A stretch of 64,000 bases of DNA from Tubiluchus corallicola (taxonomy: Eukaryota; Animalia; Priapulida): NCBI GenBank assembly GCA_030141605.1, contig JAQGDQ010000203.1, positions 332,565 through 396,564 of the forward strand, written 5' to 3'. Of the stretch, positions 14,601-28,034 are shown piece after piece (position 1 is the first letter of the stretch; each line of letters begins with the position of its first letter). The notes under the pieces are model-generated. The model saw only the letters and a list, made by a program, of their open reading frames with translations, searched no databases and was not told the origin of the DNA. The position numbers and the translations under genes were made by a program.

Positions 14601-17600
14601 ATTACTTTATAATTGCAGGGAATACGATATCAGCGGGGGGCATTTCCACCAAGGTAGTCCTGCCAACCTTGTCAACCAAAAAAAGGTTAAACCTTAAATT
14701 GTAAAAAATGTTTTGCAATAATGACGGTGTTGGTGTGAGTAATGTAGATCAGGATGGTGTATCATCTAAGATAATGATCATAGCGATGGTGGAAGCAATT
14801 GTGTTAGGGGTGGTAGTGAGAGCAGCGATGGTGACTGTTATGGTGTAAGAGGGAGTATTAGTGATGAGAATTCTGTAATTTATAAAGGAGACAAATCACT
14901 CAAATCGAACTTGTTGTTAAAGTTTGCAGGGGCAACCTCGCGAATATTCTTTTAGATTCGCCATGATACAAGATTTTTACATTATAGTCACATACGCGAT
15001 TAGTTGCCAATAGCCATTAGGTTCTCTATCGATAGGTATAAATTACACTGCAAACCATAGCTGCCCACAGCGGAAATAGAATCTAACCCATACCCACTAG
15101 CCTGGCTAATCTAGTTTCCAAAATAGCCACATACACATAAACAACCGCGTTCTGTTCTTGTCGTCCGCTAGGCCAAAATACAAACTATATCGCTCAGAGT
15201 AGACGTTTGTTAGGGTTGCCACTTAACAATGTAAGGGTCACTCATGCAATGCGCTGGAATGTATATTGTATTATCCTGTACTTGTATGTCAATTTAATTA
15301 GAAAAGAGTTGGTGACAACAACACGTGACCTGATGTAAAAATATTAAGTAGCTGCCAGGCCGTTGCGCCAAACTCTTTTCTCTGACGTGTGCCGTGATGT
15401 GATATGTAAAGGAATGCAATGCAATGTAGTGCAGTGCAACATATGGTGGAGTAATAGTATACGAACAAAATGATTTGTAATGGTAGTATAAATGGGGACA
15501 GCATTTTATTTCTGAAAATTTTAATTGTTGCTAAATATGTAGCCGAAGCAGCACAAAAAATCAGAAAAACTATGATTTTTTATGTTTTTAACAAAAATTT
15601 AAGCGAAAAGTTTCATAATTCCTTGAATGAGTTATTCGATATGTGGTAAATTTCATCCGAGATTTTTACCAGTGTAACGTTAAACCATACAAAATATTCA
15701 ATATTTAAACTTTTATTATCAGAAAAACATTACTTTTCTTTTTACTATTAGAAAAATTTCGTGAGTTAAACTGATCTAATCTGGAGGACGTGTTTTAAAA
15801 ATGGGGACGCTGAATCCGCAAAAAATGGGCCTATAAATTTTTATCGGCTACATATCGTCAGATAAAATAAATTTGGCTACGGCCCATAAATCACCGTAGA
15901 CGTTGGAAAATCTCTTTAGGTCAAGGTCTGCTGTTGTGCCTGTTGAATCTCCTAGCAACATCTAAAGAACAAGGACATTTATTAAGATGAAAGTGCTATG
16001 ATTGATCGGTGTTAATTTTGGTTCTCCGCTCAGTAAACTTGCATTTGGTAAACCTGTACGGCTACTGCACTTCCTTCGGTTAGAATTTAATCGACTGATA
16101 AATGTGTGTAGTTGATAGACCTGCACTGCCACTCCATTTTCTGCTGATATCTCTTAGCTGACCTGCTAAAGCTGTTCTGGTAGTCTGCTACTGTATTCCT
16201 ACTGTTAACATTTAGCTGACGGCTAAAAGTGCGCTGCTGTTAAACCTAGAGCTTGCTTCTTAACAACAAGAAGTTCAATAACAATATAGGTTTACCTATT
16301 GAATTTCTTATTGTTAATGTTTAGTTGATTTGATAGTGCGTTGTTGGTAAATATGTACTGAACTTCCTAATATTAGCAAATACCTGACTGCTGTTAGTGT
16401 GTACTGCTCCTAAGTTGTGGTACTACTGCACTTCCGACAGTTAGGATTTACCTAACGTGCTAAGGGCGCATGAGCGACGTTTCATGGTACCCACACACCA
16501 TACTGGTACATGGTACCCACACTGTACCGCCTCTCTATACATTTCTCTTTGTGCGTATGACCTCAGCACCTATATAAAGAGGGGTTACAAATCTCTGCAT
16601 TCAATTCACGCTGTTTTTGGCTTTTTGGCTTGCTAGATCATGTCTGGTTTACTAACTCATCTTTGCTGGCTTGCTACAGCACAGATGAGCAGAGTTATGC
16701 ATCTGTTCAGGCTAGTTATGCATACGTTATGTTCAGCTATGCATAAGTTTAGTACAGCTAGTTCAATCCAGCCTATAAAATTAATAAATTATTATTGGTC
16801 TACCGGCGACAGTTTGGAGGCTTCCTCAACGTGTCGTCCGGAAAAAGTGAAGTCAAATAAATTAGCTATTGATATGATGAACAGCGACATAAGCCACTTA
16901 TCATGCTAATTAATGTAGCGAGAGATGTTTGCAGCCTGGATACGCTTACATAATGTAATTGCTGTGCTTGACTTCATGTAGATAATTATGTGATAATCTA
17001 TATTGGGTAATTTTCATGTAATCTGCATTAACAGATGATTCTTACAAATCGACAGCAGTGATAGAAAGGGTCGGTATCTTTAATACCACAATAGTAAGCA
17101 GTTTTTAACCAGCCTTTCTTCTTAACTTTTTTCACGCCGACAATTTGGTGTGTTTCTTCCATTTTTTTCCTTTTCATCCCGCTTACTTGGTCTGTATGTT
17201 TGCCTATTCTATGGGAACAAAGCCCTGCTGTAGTCTGCTGCTAGAGTGATTAAGCGAAGTTGTGAATTACAGCAAAAAGCTAATGAAAACAAAAAACAAA
17301 AACTGAAGTGTACGATTGTTCAGTATGACATCTTGTTGTACACGCTGTTAACTTAAGAGACAGTAAGGCTGTTTCTTGGCATATAGAAAAAAGTGATTAA
17401 TAGAGTAGTCTTAGTTGCTGCATGAACACCAGAGCTTTTACGTTTCATTATGATTATTACATAAAATTGTTTTTCTAAATTCTCTTATAAGTATGAGGCA
17501 CTTGGTGCTAGCAGTTAAACTGTCCCACAAGTATTTGGTTTATTTAGTGGCATTTTGTGTGTTTTCCCTTCGTGGCGTTTTCTGTGCAAGATTAATGATT

Positions 17601-18664
17601 GCGTTTATTGATTTTTTGTCTTTTTCTCATGTGGCTTCTATGTAATCCATGAAAAATTACTGCTGGTGTTATCATTATAAAATTTTCAAAAACAAAATGG
17701 TTACATTTTTTATCCTTTTAACTTTTACATAAAGATAGTTCACAGCGTGAATTGACACGCCGCGTCTTAATTTTCATTTTTTCAACGTGTGTCTTTATCA
17801 ATGACGAGTAAATTACAAAACTAATAGTGCCAAATAAGTAATATTAAAATAAATTTAATGAATACCCAAAAGTCCCATTAGTAGGGAAAAGACTGAGAAT
17901 ATGAAAGTAGCAAAATCATTGGTAGAAGAGTGGCAGCTACTTCTACTGTACATAATGCTGAAAGGACATTAAGTTAGCTGTGGTTAGCAAACCACGCTGA
18001 TTGAATTTGCCCATGTAATCTATAAACTGCTGATAGTTAATTAGAGCTGCGAGGCTGAACACCATGCATAGTTAAAACCAATCGGTCACGTGATCAGTCA
18101 CGTGGTCACTGCTTGGTTTCTCCTGTAGCTGACTCCTTAAATCTGCACAAGCTGCTAAATCCAAATGACAAGCGAATTGCGTCATTTTGCAATTACCGAG
18201 TGTTAAAACAAAATGTTGTTTTTGTACGCTGTTGACAAATTGTTCAAATTTGTGGAAACTGAAAGCAGTTAAGATAACGCATATTTGCCTGTGAAAGGTT
18301 CCTGTTTTGTTACTAAATAGCAAGATTGAAATGAACAATAGAGTAGAAAAAATTTCAAGAAATCGTGAACAAAAACACTTAGAAATGACAAAAAGAGCCA
18401 GAACTGGACTTTTCACAATTTTTGATTATCCTATGATCTAAGTACTGATAACTTCAACTGTATATAGGTCAATAATATAATCACCGATTGTGCCAATTAA
18501 TCACCTTATTACTTATTAGTGATTGGATTTTGTTCTCATAGATTTGTAAATACGCAGGGGAAGAAAGAGGGATGAAAAGAGAAAAAATGTGGGAGGAACA
18601 AATCGAAGTTTCGACGTGAAAAGAGTTAAGAAGAAAAAAATAGGAAAAGAATAAAAACTCGACA

Positions 18665-18897
18665 ACTAGAAAGCCACTCTGTAGAGTTCACTCAGCTCAG
18701 ACTTTTCCATTACAAGAATACACTTAATAAATAAAATAGATTTCCTTTAGTAATTCTTGATCGATAATTAACAAAAATGAAAATCATACCACTCCACAAA
18801 ATTTCAAGGAAATCGGTTAAGTAGTTTTTACGTAATCCTGCTAACAGACAAACCAACAAACCAACGGCTATGAAAGCATACCCTCCATGGCAGTAGT
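18665..18897 (-). mobile_element. Non-autonomous DINE-1/HINE-like (Helentron-associated) repeat, copy 1
   Basis: ACTAG end, aaatttcaaggaaatcggttaagtagttt core, (ACAA/ACAG) microsatellite and a gaaagcataccctccatggc end. It mirrors 20626-20796. The family name comes from recalled architecture only. Confidence 0.5.
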
Positions 18898-20625
18898 TGG
18901 GGTGTCAGATTTGTGGAAGGTCGAAAATGTCGGAAAGAAAGCTTGTCCAGAAAAAAGAAAGCTAATATAAAAAGAAATTCAAAAAATGTATAATTTTGTA
19001 TTAATGTTCTGATATTGATAACAGAACGATTTTGAATTTGAAAAATCAGATTTAAAACGGCTATCAGCTTATAAAGCTTCTTCATTCTTGACAACAGAAT
19101 TCACCACGTCATGTCTAATACCAACACTCTTTTCATAATAAAAACAACAAAATCATTGTTGAAAAATTAATTCAGAGTTAATAGATGTTTAATATTTGAA
19201 TTCGGTCTGATTGCAGAGGCGTGTGGACTACTTCACACTGTGAAATAAGCCAGGAAGCTTCTTGTCCTTACCAGGCTTGAAAAAAATTGAAACAAAAAAA
19301 AAGCTGTAGAGGTCGTACGTTACGTACACTGTGACGTTTTCTAGCATCTTTTTAGCATTATTATTTGCTCAGAAAAGAAGCCCACCGGTTTACTGCTACA
19401 TAGCAACAGCGGCATCAGCAGCAACTGCAACAACCGTCTTCGCAATTTTACTTTATTTCTTCAAAAGTCCGTTTTAATTAATTAGGTAAATTTGCTTGTT
19501 ACAGCTTGTAAACAGCTGTGCGCAATTAATTAGTCAAGTCGTTTGCTGAACATGTAAAACTGATCAACCATTACATCTGTTTATTACGTTTATGTAGGGT
19601 GACGTATTCTAATGAATTCCTGTTGGGATTCAACAACAATAATTAAAATTTTATTGCTATGATTTGTGGAAAACCACTATTCATTTCATGTATTTAGTAA
19701 AGTAGATCTGAGATTAAAGTCATGGAGACGGTTTAACCAAATCGGTTTTGAATTTGTTGTGAATTGGGTGGGTGGAATTATGGTATAGAAGTCAAAGAAA
19801 TTCAGTTCATTTCTGGGGTTTATTAAACAAAAATCAATCAAAATTTAAAAGAAGCATTAATCTATATTCAGGAATTTTACGCCGAGGACGCTTCAGTTCT
19901 GATATCAAGATCGAAGACTAATACTGTTAAAGATTTTGTCGGAAAGATAATATGATATCTGCCAAGCTTGATAGAATTACATTATATAGTTAAGTTGGAA
20001 AGTTTAGTTAGCTAAAGCCAGAAATGAGTTGGAGTCAAGCCTTAAGTTACTGAATATTTTTCATTTTTATAGTACAAAAATTCAGAATAGTTTAGTAGTA
20101 TTATTTGATGTACAAATAATTGTAATCTATAGGTTATAGTCTATAATCCATTATTGTAATCTCTCCTGCTTTTACTAAATTTGAAAATATCTAGTGACTT
20201 TAAAAGTGAAATCAAACAAAAATATGGAAACTGTGTCAGAAACACTTAATTCTAATAGTTATGGGTCTTGGCCAGAATAGAATTGAATCACACAGCACGC
20301 ATTTTTGCACCTAGTCCATAGGTTTTGTGAATTTACATGGCAAATAGCCTTAGCAAACATGCGATATTACGATATTATCGATACAACTTTTCGATATTAA
20401 AACGGGTGCTAATGATCAAGGTTTTAGCTAAATGTCAGAAATTTAGATTGATTAGATTAATCGTAATTCTAGACACGTGAAACACGATTTTTTTTGTAAT
20501 TTTAAGATATGCATTTGACAAACAAGTGCTAACAAATGTAAATAAATTGGCACAGGAAAATGTCACACTTAGTAAATATGTGTTTATGGTTAGCGTTACA
20601 GTGGGTGATAATTATTTTAGTTATT

Positions 20626-20796
20626 TTTATCTTTGCCAAGGAAGTTGCGCTTCAACAAAGTTTGTTTGTCTGTTTGTTTGGTTGCCCTTTGTCAGTTATG
20701 GCAGTAAGCCTACTACGCCAGAACTTGACGACCGAACACTTTGTACAAAAAGCATTCGTGAAGCACTTCGTGGGGGTCTCAGAGGAAATATCTAGT
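20626..20796 (+). mobile_element. Non-autonomous DINE-1/HINE-like repeat, copy 2
   Basis: ttatctttgccaaggaagtt start, gtttgtttgtctgtttgttt microsatellite, degenerate subterminal inverted repeat (cttcgtgggggt) and CTAGT end. Confidence 0.5.
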
Positions 20797-21656
20797 ACAT
20801 CTTTTTTGCTATCTCCGCTTAGGCAAACAACTACGAGTTAGTTGCAGTTCCATTCTCGCTTGTATATTAAAACTGTGTAACGCTGCATATAACCTTCACT
20901 TATTAAGGTGTATAACCTAATAAGGTGAGTTACTATATATATATGCTGTCTATGTGTAGAGACACGTATATATTTGTCAGTCTATTAATGCGCCAAAATT
21001 AATGGCTAAAAAGTAGATAAACACTGTGTGGAACGTTCGTGCATTATTGATTATAAATCTATTTAATGAACAAATATTATAAGTCTTTTGCTAGTCTATA
21101 TAACACCAATGCAGGTATATTTTTGTATTACTGCCTGTTTACCTTTGTGTTAAAATTTTTTAATCACCAAAATCAGACGAATAAGTTTACGATTGTTCGG
21201 CTTTGCTAGAGATCTGTTTCTTACTGAGCGCATTCTAGTTTTATTACAGAAATCAAGTACATTAAAATAGCATACATGCCATTTTTCCTGTGTCATTTTT
21301 ACCGCGCACCTGCTAACACGTGTTGAACTTCACCTGCGTGTACCATCATCGTCATCATCGGGCTTCTTATCTTGTAATTCTTAACGGGAAATTTTTTTGT
21401 CTTGATAAACAGAGCCTTGCCAGCTTTCTGAAGGAGATTAATGTAAACCTAATCAAAATAAACTAAGAATTCTAGTTTTGTAGACCGGAATTCATATTTT
21501 CACCCTTCTAATAACCTTCTTACGTTAAGTAGCTACTAGCTTTGTTTGGAGCTAAATTTGTATAGAAAATAAAAATGTAAATTTTAGATTCTTTTGAAGA
21601 AAAATTATTTTAACAGCAATTTACTCTGGGAAAACTTAGAAATTTGGAATGGAAGT

Positions 21657-22236
21657 ACTAACGTGCTTGGATCCGGCACGTCATATTTGTAGCTCGTTTC
21701 TTGTAAATTTAATGGTTTCTTTAAGCTTTTATTTTTGCCATGGCCCGTTTTATTCGTGAAAATCTACAATTTTGCTACGATGACGAAATGCGTTTGTTTT
21801 TATCAGCACTGTCTATCAGGTATAAAACCGCAGATACATAATGGCCTCGTCGGTTCAGTGGATAGGCAGAAGGTGTTTTTAACAACTCAGCACTTGTTCT
21901 TGTCAGCCAACATGTAGACCTCGAAGTAGATTCCTGGCTAGTCTCTGTTTAAATTCGTGTTTCGAGTTCAATGTGTATCAGCATCATCGTTATAATATAT
22001 TAGAATGACAGAAGCCCAACAATATAATTAATGCCTAGGTCAGATCCATTTAACGGGCATATTTGAGGGCATATTGGGAAAGTGAAAAGTCGGCGTTCGT
22101 TAGGGTCTGCGCAATGGTTTCTATAATGAAATCCGTGGCCTGTGATAGCCTTCAAAGTTAAATGCGACGCAAACACCTTCAATAACATGACCAAGCTTTC
22201 GGTATTTCGTGCTTCGTGCCGGATCCAATAACTAGT
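21657..22236. mobile_element. Non-autonomous TIR element (MITE-like)
   Basis: Left end actaacgtgcttggatccggcacg matches the reverse complement of the right end, actagttattggatccggcacg. The left end recurs at ~31549-31620. Confidence 0.6.
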
Positions 22237-24632
22237 GCATTGTCACACATTTGTTACTTATTCAACGAAGGTCACTTGCTAACCTCTTTTATTGCTACTT
22301 CCATAAAAGTTTCTTCTAATGTAGATGGTGGCTTCGTTGGTCGTCTCATGTTCTTTTACAAGTAGAGTACCTGAAGTAAAGCAAGTCAAATACATAATTT
22401 ATTAGCAACCGATGTGAACTAAAATTTGTAAAAGTTTGTATTTCATCATTAATTCAGTACAAGATTCGGTTTGTATTAGAGCGATCTTATAGTATTCGGT
22501 TCTAATTTTTATTAATTTAACCGCTACAAAATAGTAAATATCTGTATATCAAAAGTTTATGAATAGTTTTTAAAATCCTCATTATCAGTTGTCGATGGAA
22601 AAACACATTATGAATTTCATTTTACTTTTGTAAGTGCAAGTTTACATACTTAAAATAACAACAGTTTGACAAAATCTGTTTATTTCTTCGGTTCTGGCCT
22701 ATAAGTTACTAATGAGAGTCGAATACATTTCCCAATAACAGAGAAATGAGGCAAACGCGCAAAGGCAAATTTGAACGTTTGCCGTAAGAAGCCGCGACCA
22801 TTAGAAATTTGAAGCTGGGAGTGAACAAATATACAGACTACATTAATAATTTAAATCTGTGGAAATCGCTAGTTTTAAAATGATAAAGTTTTGAACATTA
22901 TTAGGCTTCATTCATTAGCAGAAACGTCGCACAGTTAATTCTTATTTTTAACAAGGCATGCGCCATTCTATTCCCTTTATATTAATCTGCAAATTATGTG
23001 GATGAACTAGGTTTATTTATTACATTTTGACACAAAGAACAGCGCACACCAATGATGCAGTGTAAGAATCACACAAACGCATACAATTAGACTAGAAATG
23101 TACACCAAAATATAAAGTACGCATAAAAAGTAATATAAGTCGACGTGTTTATCTGCAAATGTCTACAACTGTAATACGTTTCATGTTGTTTATCAGCCAC
23201 TGCTGTCTACGAAATTGAATGTGGTAAAAACACATTTGTAGAAATTCCTGAAACAGTAGCTACAGGCACTTTTCTAAGAATGTAAATTATGCTCTCAGTA
23301 AAAACTGACATTTTTTGATATTGTTACACGAAGGTCCACTGGCTTCCAGATAAATTTTTCGTAAACTAAGATATTTGTATAATCTTTATATTGTCTCGCT
23401 GTAAGAATGCCACTGAAGCTTGACACGCGCTGCAAAGGGAGGTAGAATATTGTAATTATTATAGACCACTGTTTCACTGAATAATTGATCACGTGATAAC
23501 ATATATACGTCTCTCTCGCTGCTTTCTATCGCTGGGGAGTTAAAACATAATGGAAATTGTATCAAGCTAACCGTAATGGCACATGGGTAGTAAGACTATG
23601 TAGACTTGCTTCAGTGTAACATATTTTAAATGTCTATAGTAAATAGACCTTTAGGCGGTAGTCGACACACGGCTACGGCAATTGTTACTAGTCGTAAAGT
23701 ATAAGATGTGAGGTGTTTATCACCCAAATTAACATATCACGTATTTTATTCATAAATAATTTGAACAACAGTTCAGGACATGTGATGATAGCAAAAGTAC
23801 GTTAAATGAATAAAATTGCCCAGTTTGAGCAGGATAATACATATAAAACATCACTTTAAAAAAATTACAATATATAAAACTTAGGTTTAAAACAATTACT
23901 ATATATAAAACACAGGTTTCAAACAATTACATTATATAAATATACGTTTAGAACGATTACAATCTAACATTTACACAATTGCATTTATTTATCTATTTAT
24001 TTATTTATTTATTTATTATTAACAATTGCGTTTAACAGTAATGCACAAAAAACAATTAAGAAACTAACCAAGTAATAATTACACAGAGAGATGATCTGAA
24101 AATTTGAAATTAGTTAAAAGATAAATGAGATTCTTTTAAAGCTTGGTAAAACACATCGGCAAAATTGAAAGTTTACATTTCGATGTCAAGATGGACTGAG
24201 TCATTCCAACTCGGGTATGCTGTTGAATAGAGAATATGTGGGTAATGTTGTAATCTTTCTTATTTTCTTGAATATTTTTGATGAAAGACTGGTTATAGAT
24301 CTTACCTTGTGTGGTCATTAGTCTTGTTTGGGAGCGTATGTGCACCTTTTATCCTTATTTTACACTTACTTACATTGATTTTCCTGACTTTATTTCATTG
24401 ATCTTAATTAACCTGGTTTGACTTGCTTACGTTGAATTTGTTGTGACATTTGGAGGCTGCTATCGCTACGTTCTTTCGCCAAAATTACAGGCTTCTGTAA
24501 TTTAATTTATAGTTCAAAAAGTCTGTAGTCTTCTAATGAATTTTTTTTAAACTAACAACAAACTGTTATAATTAAGAATTGGGGTAAATTTCTGCATTTC
24601 ACGTTATTTATTGTTTATCTGAATAAAAACTA

Positions 24633-25585
24633 CCGTAAAACGGGGTGAGTTCGCCACTTTTTAAGGGTATTTTTTTACATTTCCTGCCTTAGCAAGAGAA
24701 TTAGCCAACCGATTTTCTTAGTTCAAGCTTTATATTGCCCTTCGAATAAAACACTATCGTGGGGTGAATTCGCCGCTAACAATTTAACACTGTTTAATGC
24801 CATTCTAGGCAGCTGAAGTTAACTGGTTGTGATTGGCTGGTTGGGGGTGAGTTCGCCACCCTATGAAAAAATTATAAAAAATGTCTAGTTTTAGTTTTCA
24901 AATATAAACTTCTACGTTGGCAAGGAAGGCTTGAACGTCTTGTGCACTGATCTTATCGCGGTCGCCCTTGATGTTGCCAGCCACTCTGAAAACCAGATTG
25001 TTCCTTCGGGCGAATGATTTGACAAAGTCTATTCCAGGGGTGTTTGCCTTGAATCGTCGTTCCTGGATTCCCTTCGCGTCAAGAACACTCTTAATCAGTA
25101 GTCGGAGATCGATGGCAGTCATTGGGAACCCCCACTCAGCGGCCACTGGGAGTGTACTGGCGATTTCGTGCTCCTCGGCGGCGGAGAACACTGGCTGACT
25201 TCCGGTCTTCTGCGGATGACTTCCGGAGAGTTTGTCAGAAAGGTCTTTCTTGGAACTCCGAATTGCCTCGCCGCTGGGCTGATTGTCCTGTTGGTATTCT
25301 TGACGGCATGTAGGGCAGCTTCCAGAGCTTCTGGGGTATAATTTTGGTATCTATGACCCGGTACAGTGGTGCAGGTGCGTGGCATGTTAAGTAGCCAGAA
25401 ATAGTAGACAAATAATATGTAGCGCAGAATGGAATACTTCTAGTGCGAATTGAAAGAAGATAACTGTCGCAAACTGTTTATAATGACGGTGATCATGATA
25501 TCTGTTCATTAAATACTGAACAATAGTTACAGCAAACCTACAATGGCCATTATGTAAGGGGTGGCGAACTCACCCCGTTTTACGG
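24633..25585 (-). mobile_element. pogo-like (Tc1/mariner superfamily) DNA transposon, internally deleted, 953 bp
   Basis: Perfect 25-bp TIRs CCGTAAAACGGGGTGAGTTCGCCAC (24633-24657 and 25561-25585). TA target duplication at 24631-32 and 25586-87. Internal copies of the GGGGTGARTTCGCC motif at 24761 and 24844. Contains transposase N-terminal coding sequence. Confidence 0.93.
24898..25385 (-). pseudogene. Truncated pogo-type transposase: HTH_psq and CENP-B-type HTH domains, no DDE domain, one frameshift near 25241
   Basis: MPRT...YTPEALEAALHAVKN...ISPAARQFGVPRKT (psq-type HTH). Restoring one base continues LSDKLSGSHPQKTGSQPVFSAAEEHEIA...WGFPMT..DLR...FKANTPGIDFVKSFARRN (CENP-B HTH). The frame stops at 24898. 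Confidence 0.85.
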
Positions 25586-26630
25586 TAGTTATTTATTTAT
25601 TCACTTGCTAGTACTATGCTGAAATTGATGGAGCAAAATTAGCCAGGATTTGTACTGAAATATGGTCGAGTAAAAGTACAGCGGCTAGCCGTCTCTGGCG
25701 TTGATTAATGCTCTTTCTCGCCTAGATCTCAATGGTCTTTGTTATTTCAGGTTCACACTGTAAATATTGGATGATCAGTCGAGTGGACAAGGGAAAATCC
25801 TTGACCGATCAATACGTGATTGCCAAACCTAATTGATATCGATTACGCTAATCGATGCTGTGACCGTAGTTGTGTTTGCATCTGCCGATGGCTGTTCCCA
25901 CTCAAGAAGACCTTCAGAAAAAGCGGAGCCCTTTTAGTGGGAAGCCCTTTTATTTATAATGAAGCGAGAAGAGCTGTACACGTTCTTGAAGAACCGCATT
26001 TCTTCGGGAAAAACCGAAACGTGATACAATGTAATGGTGCAAAAATAGAAACCTCTATAAACTCACAAGAAAACACGAGCCAACGCTGCGGCAGCTTAAT
26101 TAGTTTTATTGGTGCTAACTCACCTCATTGTGTTGGCGGTAGCGTGATGGATATGAGAGTACGCATGAACATTTTCACGCACCCACCACGGACATGTCGG
26201 TAGTGATTAACATCAGCTGTGCGGACGTAAGTGGTTTCAGTCCTTCGATGTTGACGTAATTAGCAATAACAGCTTCGTGCTAGATTAGATATTAGTGAGC
26301 TTAATCGAGGAAGGTCTACTAACACATGAGACTTGCTGCAGCCACTAATATACTAAAGACTTATTAGTTTATTATAGTGGCACTTGCGTAGTGAGAACGT
26401 AAATTTTTGTGTCTTTCTTTATGTTGCATGACATAGACAAGTCTGTGGTCACATTTGAAGGTAACAAGACTTGGCCCATTGGTTGACAAAATGCATGATA
26501 GTAGTGTAGTGCTAATCAACTACACACATTGATTCTAATGGCATTTAATTTTATTCTTGGTAAGCGCCTGGAATCTGTAGCTGAAGGATGCGTTGAACCA
26601 CGGTACGAAAAAGAAAAACGAGAAAAGAGC

Positions 26631-28034
26631 ATGGCAGCCGAGAAAAGGAGAGCAGCACAGGAGTGCCTTTTATTGGAGGAGGATGACAGCAGGGCAGATC
26701 CATCAAAATCCTCGCAGCAGTCAGACACAAACAGACAGAGCAGCGATCTGAACAAGAATGGCGTCATCTGTTCAGATCATCCTAACACACGCATAATGAT
26801 CAACATCAGTGGTTTAAGGTTCGAGACCCGGGTAAAGACGTTACGTCGGTACCCTGATTCTTTGTTGGGTAATCCAGCCAAACGTTGCAAGTACTTCGAC
26901 ACTTTGAGGAACGAGTATTATTTTGACCGACATCGACCTAGCTTTGATGCAATTCTCCATTATTACCAGAGTAAAGGGCGACTGCAGCGACCTGCCAATG
27001 TTCCTATGGACGTATTCATCAGTGAAATCAAATTTTTCCAATTAGGCGAGAAGGTGCTTGAGCAATACTTGGAAGGAGAAGGCATCGTGAAGGAGAAACC
27101 AAGAGCTTTACCAAAAAACCCCACTTTGAGGACAATCTGGAAATTGTTTGAGCACCCAGATGCCGGATGGCCATCACGTATTGTGGCAGTTATATCAATA
27201 TCAGTCATAGTGTTATCTGTGATCACATTCTGTGTGGAAACGTTACCAGAATTTTCTCAAAATAAAACTGTTTTGTTTCAAAATGCCACAAGAGATGAGA
27301 TTGGGGCCTTTCTTTTTAGCGATCCTTTCTTTGTCATTGAGACATTGTGTGTGTGCTGGTTTACATTTGAGTTAATCATGCGTTTTGTGTCGTCGCCAAA
27401 TAAATTTAAGTTCTGGAAAAGTTTTATGAATATTATAGATTTGACTGCCATCGTGCCATACTTCATAGGTCTATCAGTGACATACATCAACAAGTCTGGA
27501 GATATGGGATCGATGAGCTTAGCTGTACTCAGGGTTCTTCGTCTAGTCAGGGTGTTTAGAATATTTAAACTGTCACGACATTACAAAGGTTTGCAAGTCA
27601 TTGGTCAAACTTTACGAGCAAGTATTCCAGAATTAGGATTACTTACTTTCTTTCTCATCATTGGCATGATTCTTTTTGCTAGTGCTGTCTACTTTGCCGA
27701 ACTCGACAAAAGTGACTCTCACTTCACTAGTATTCCAGCCGCATTTTGGTGGGTGGTTGTCACCATGACCACAGTTGGATATGGTGACATGTTTCCACAA
27801 ACAGGTTGGGGAAAGTTGGTGGGATCTCTCTGTGTGATATCCGGTGTTCTGACAATAGCACTTCCTGTGCCTATCATTGTGTCAAATTTTGATTATTATT
27901 ACCACCGTCATTGTGACACTGAAGCTTATACGACAGAAGAGGAGGATCCTCAAGCTGATGGCGATATAGGTACCAGAATAGATTTGGAAGCAGCTGGTAG
28001 CAAAAATGATGATTACGATGAAACACATTGCTGA
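26631..28034 (+). CDS. KCNA: Voltage-gated potassium channel, Shaker/Kv1 (KCNA) subfamily alpha subunit, single coding exon
   Basis: T1 domain [10 protein letters not shown]...[32 protein letters not shown]; S4 [18 protein letters not shown]; pore TMTTVGYGD; S6 [10 protein letters not shown]. The start is taken as ATG 26631 (AGCATGG). An in-frame ATG at 26538 or an upstream exon is also possible. The specific paralogue cannot be assigned. Confidence 0.97.
   Translation: MAAEKRRAAQECLLLEEDDSRADPSKSSQQSDTNRQSSDLNKNGVICSDHPNTRIMINISGLRFETRVKTLRRYPDSLLGNPAKRCKYFDTLRNEYYFDRHRPSFDAILHYYQSKGRLQRPANVPMDVFISEIKFFQLGEKVLEQYLEGEGIVKEKPRALPKNPTLRTIWKLFEHPDAGWPSRIVAVISISVIVLSVITFCVETLPEFSQNKTVLFQNATRDEIGAFLFSDPFFVIETLCVCWFTFELIMRFVSSPNKFKFWKSFMNIIDLTAIVPYFIGLSVTYINKSGDMGSMSLAVLRVLRLVRVFRIFKLSRHYKGLQVIGQTLRASIPELGLLTFFLIIGMILFASAVYFAELDKSDSHFTSIPAAFWWVVVTMTTVGYGDMFPQTGWGKLVGSLCVISGVLTIALPVPIIVSNFDYYYHRHCDTEAYTTEEEDPQADGDIGTRIDLEAAGSKNDDYDETHC

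Noticed and set aside
25820-26203. 127-aa ORF upstream of Kv1
   Set aside because: It has a non-ATG start and no recognisable domain; most likely 5' UTR or intron sequence.
26516-27493. Antisense ORFs over Kv1, and similar shadows over the receptor exons and LINE
   Set aside because: These are short reverse-frame shadows of real coding sequence without independent motifs.
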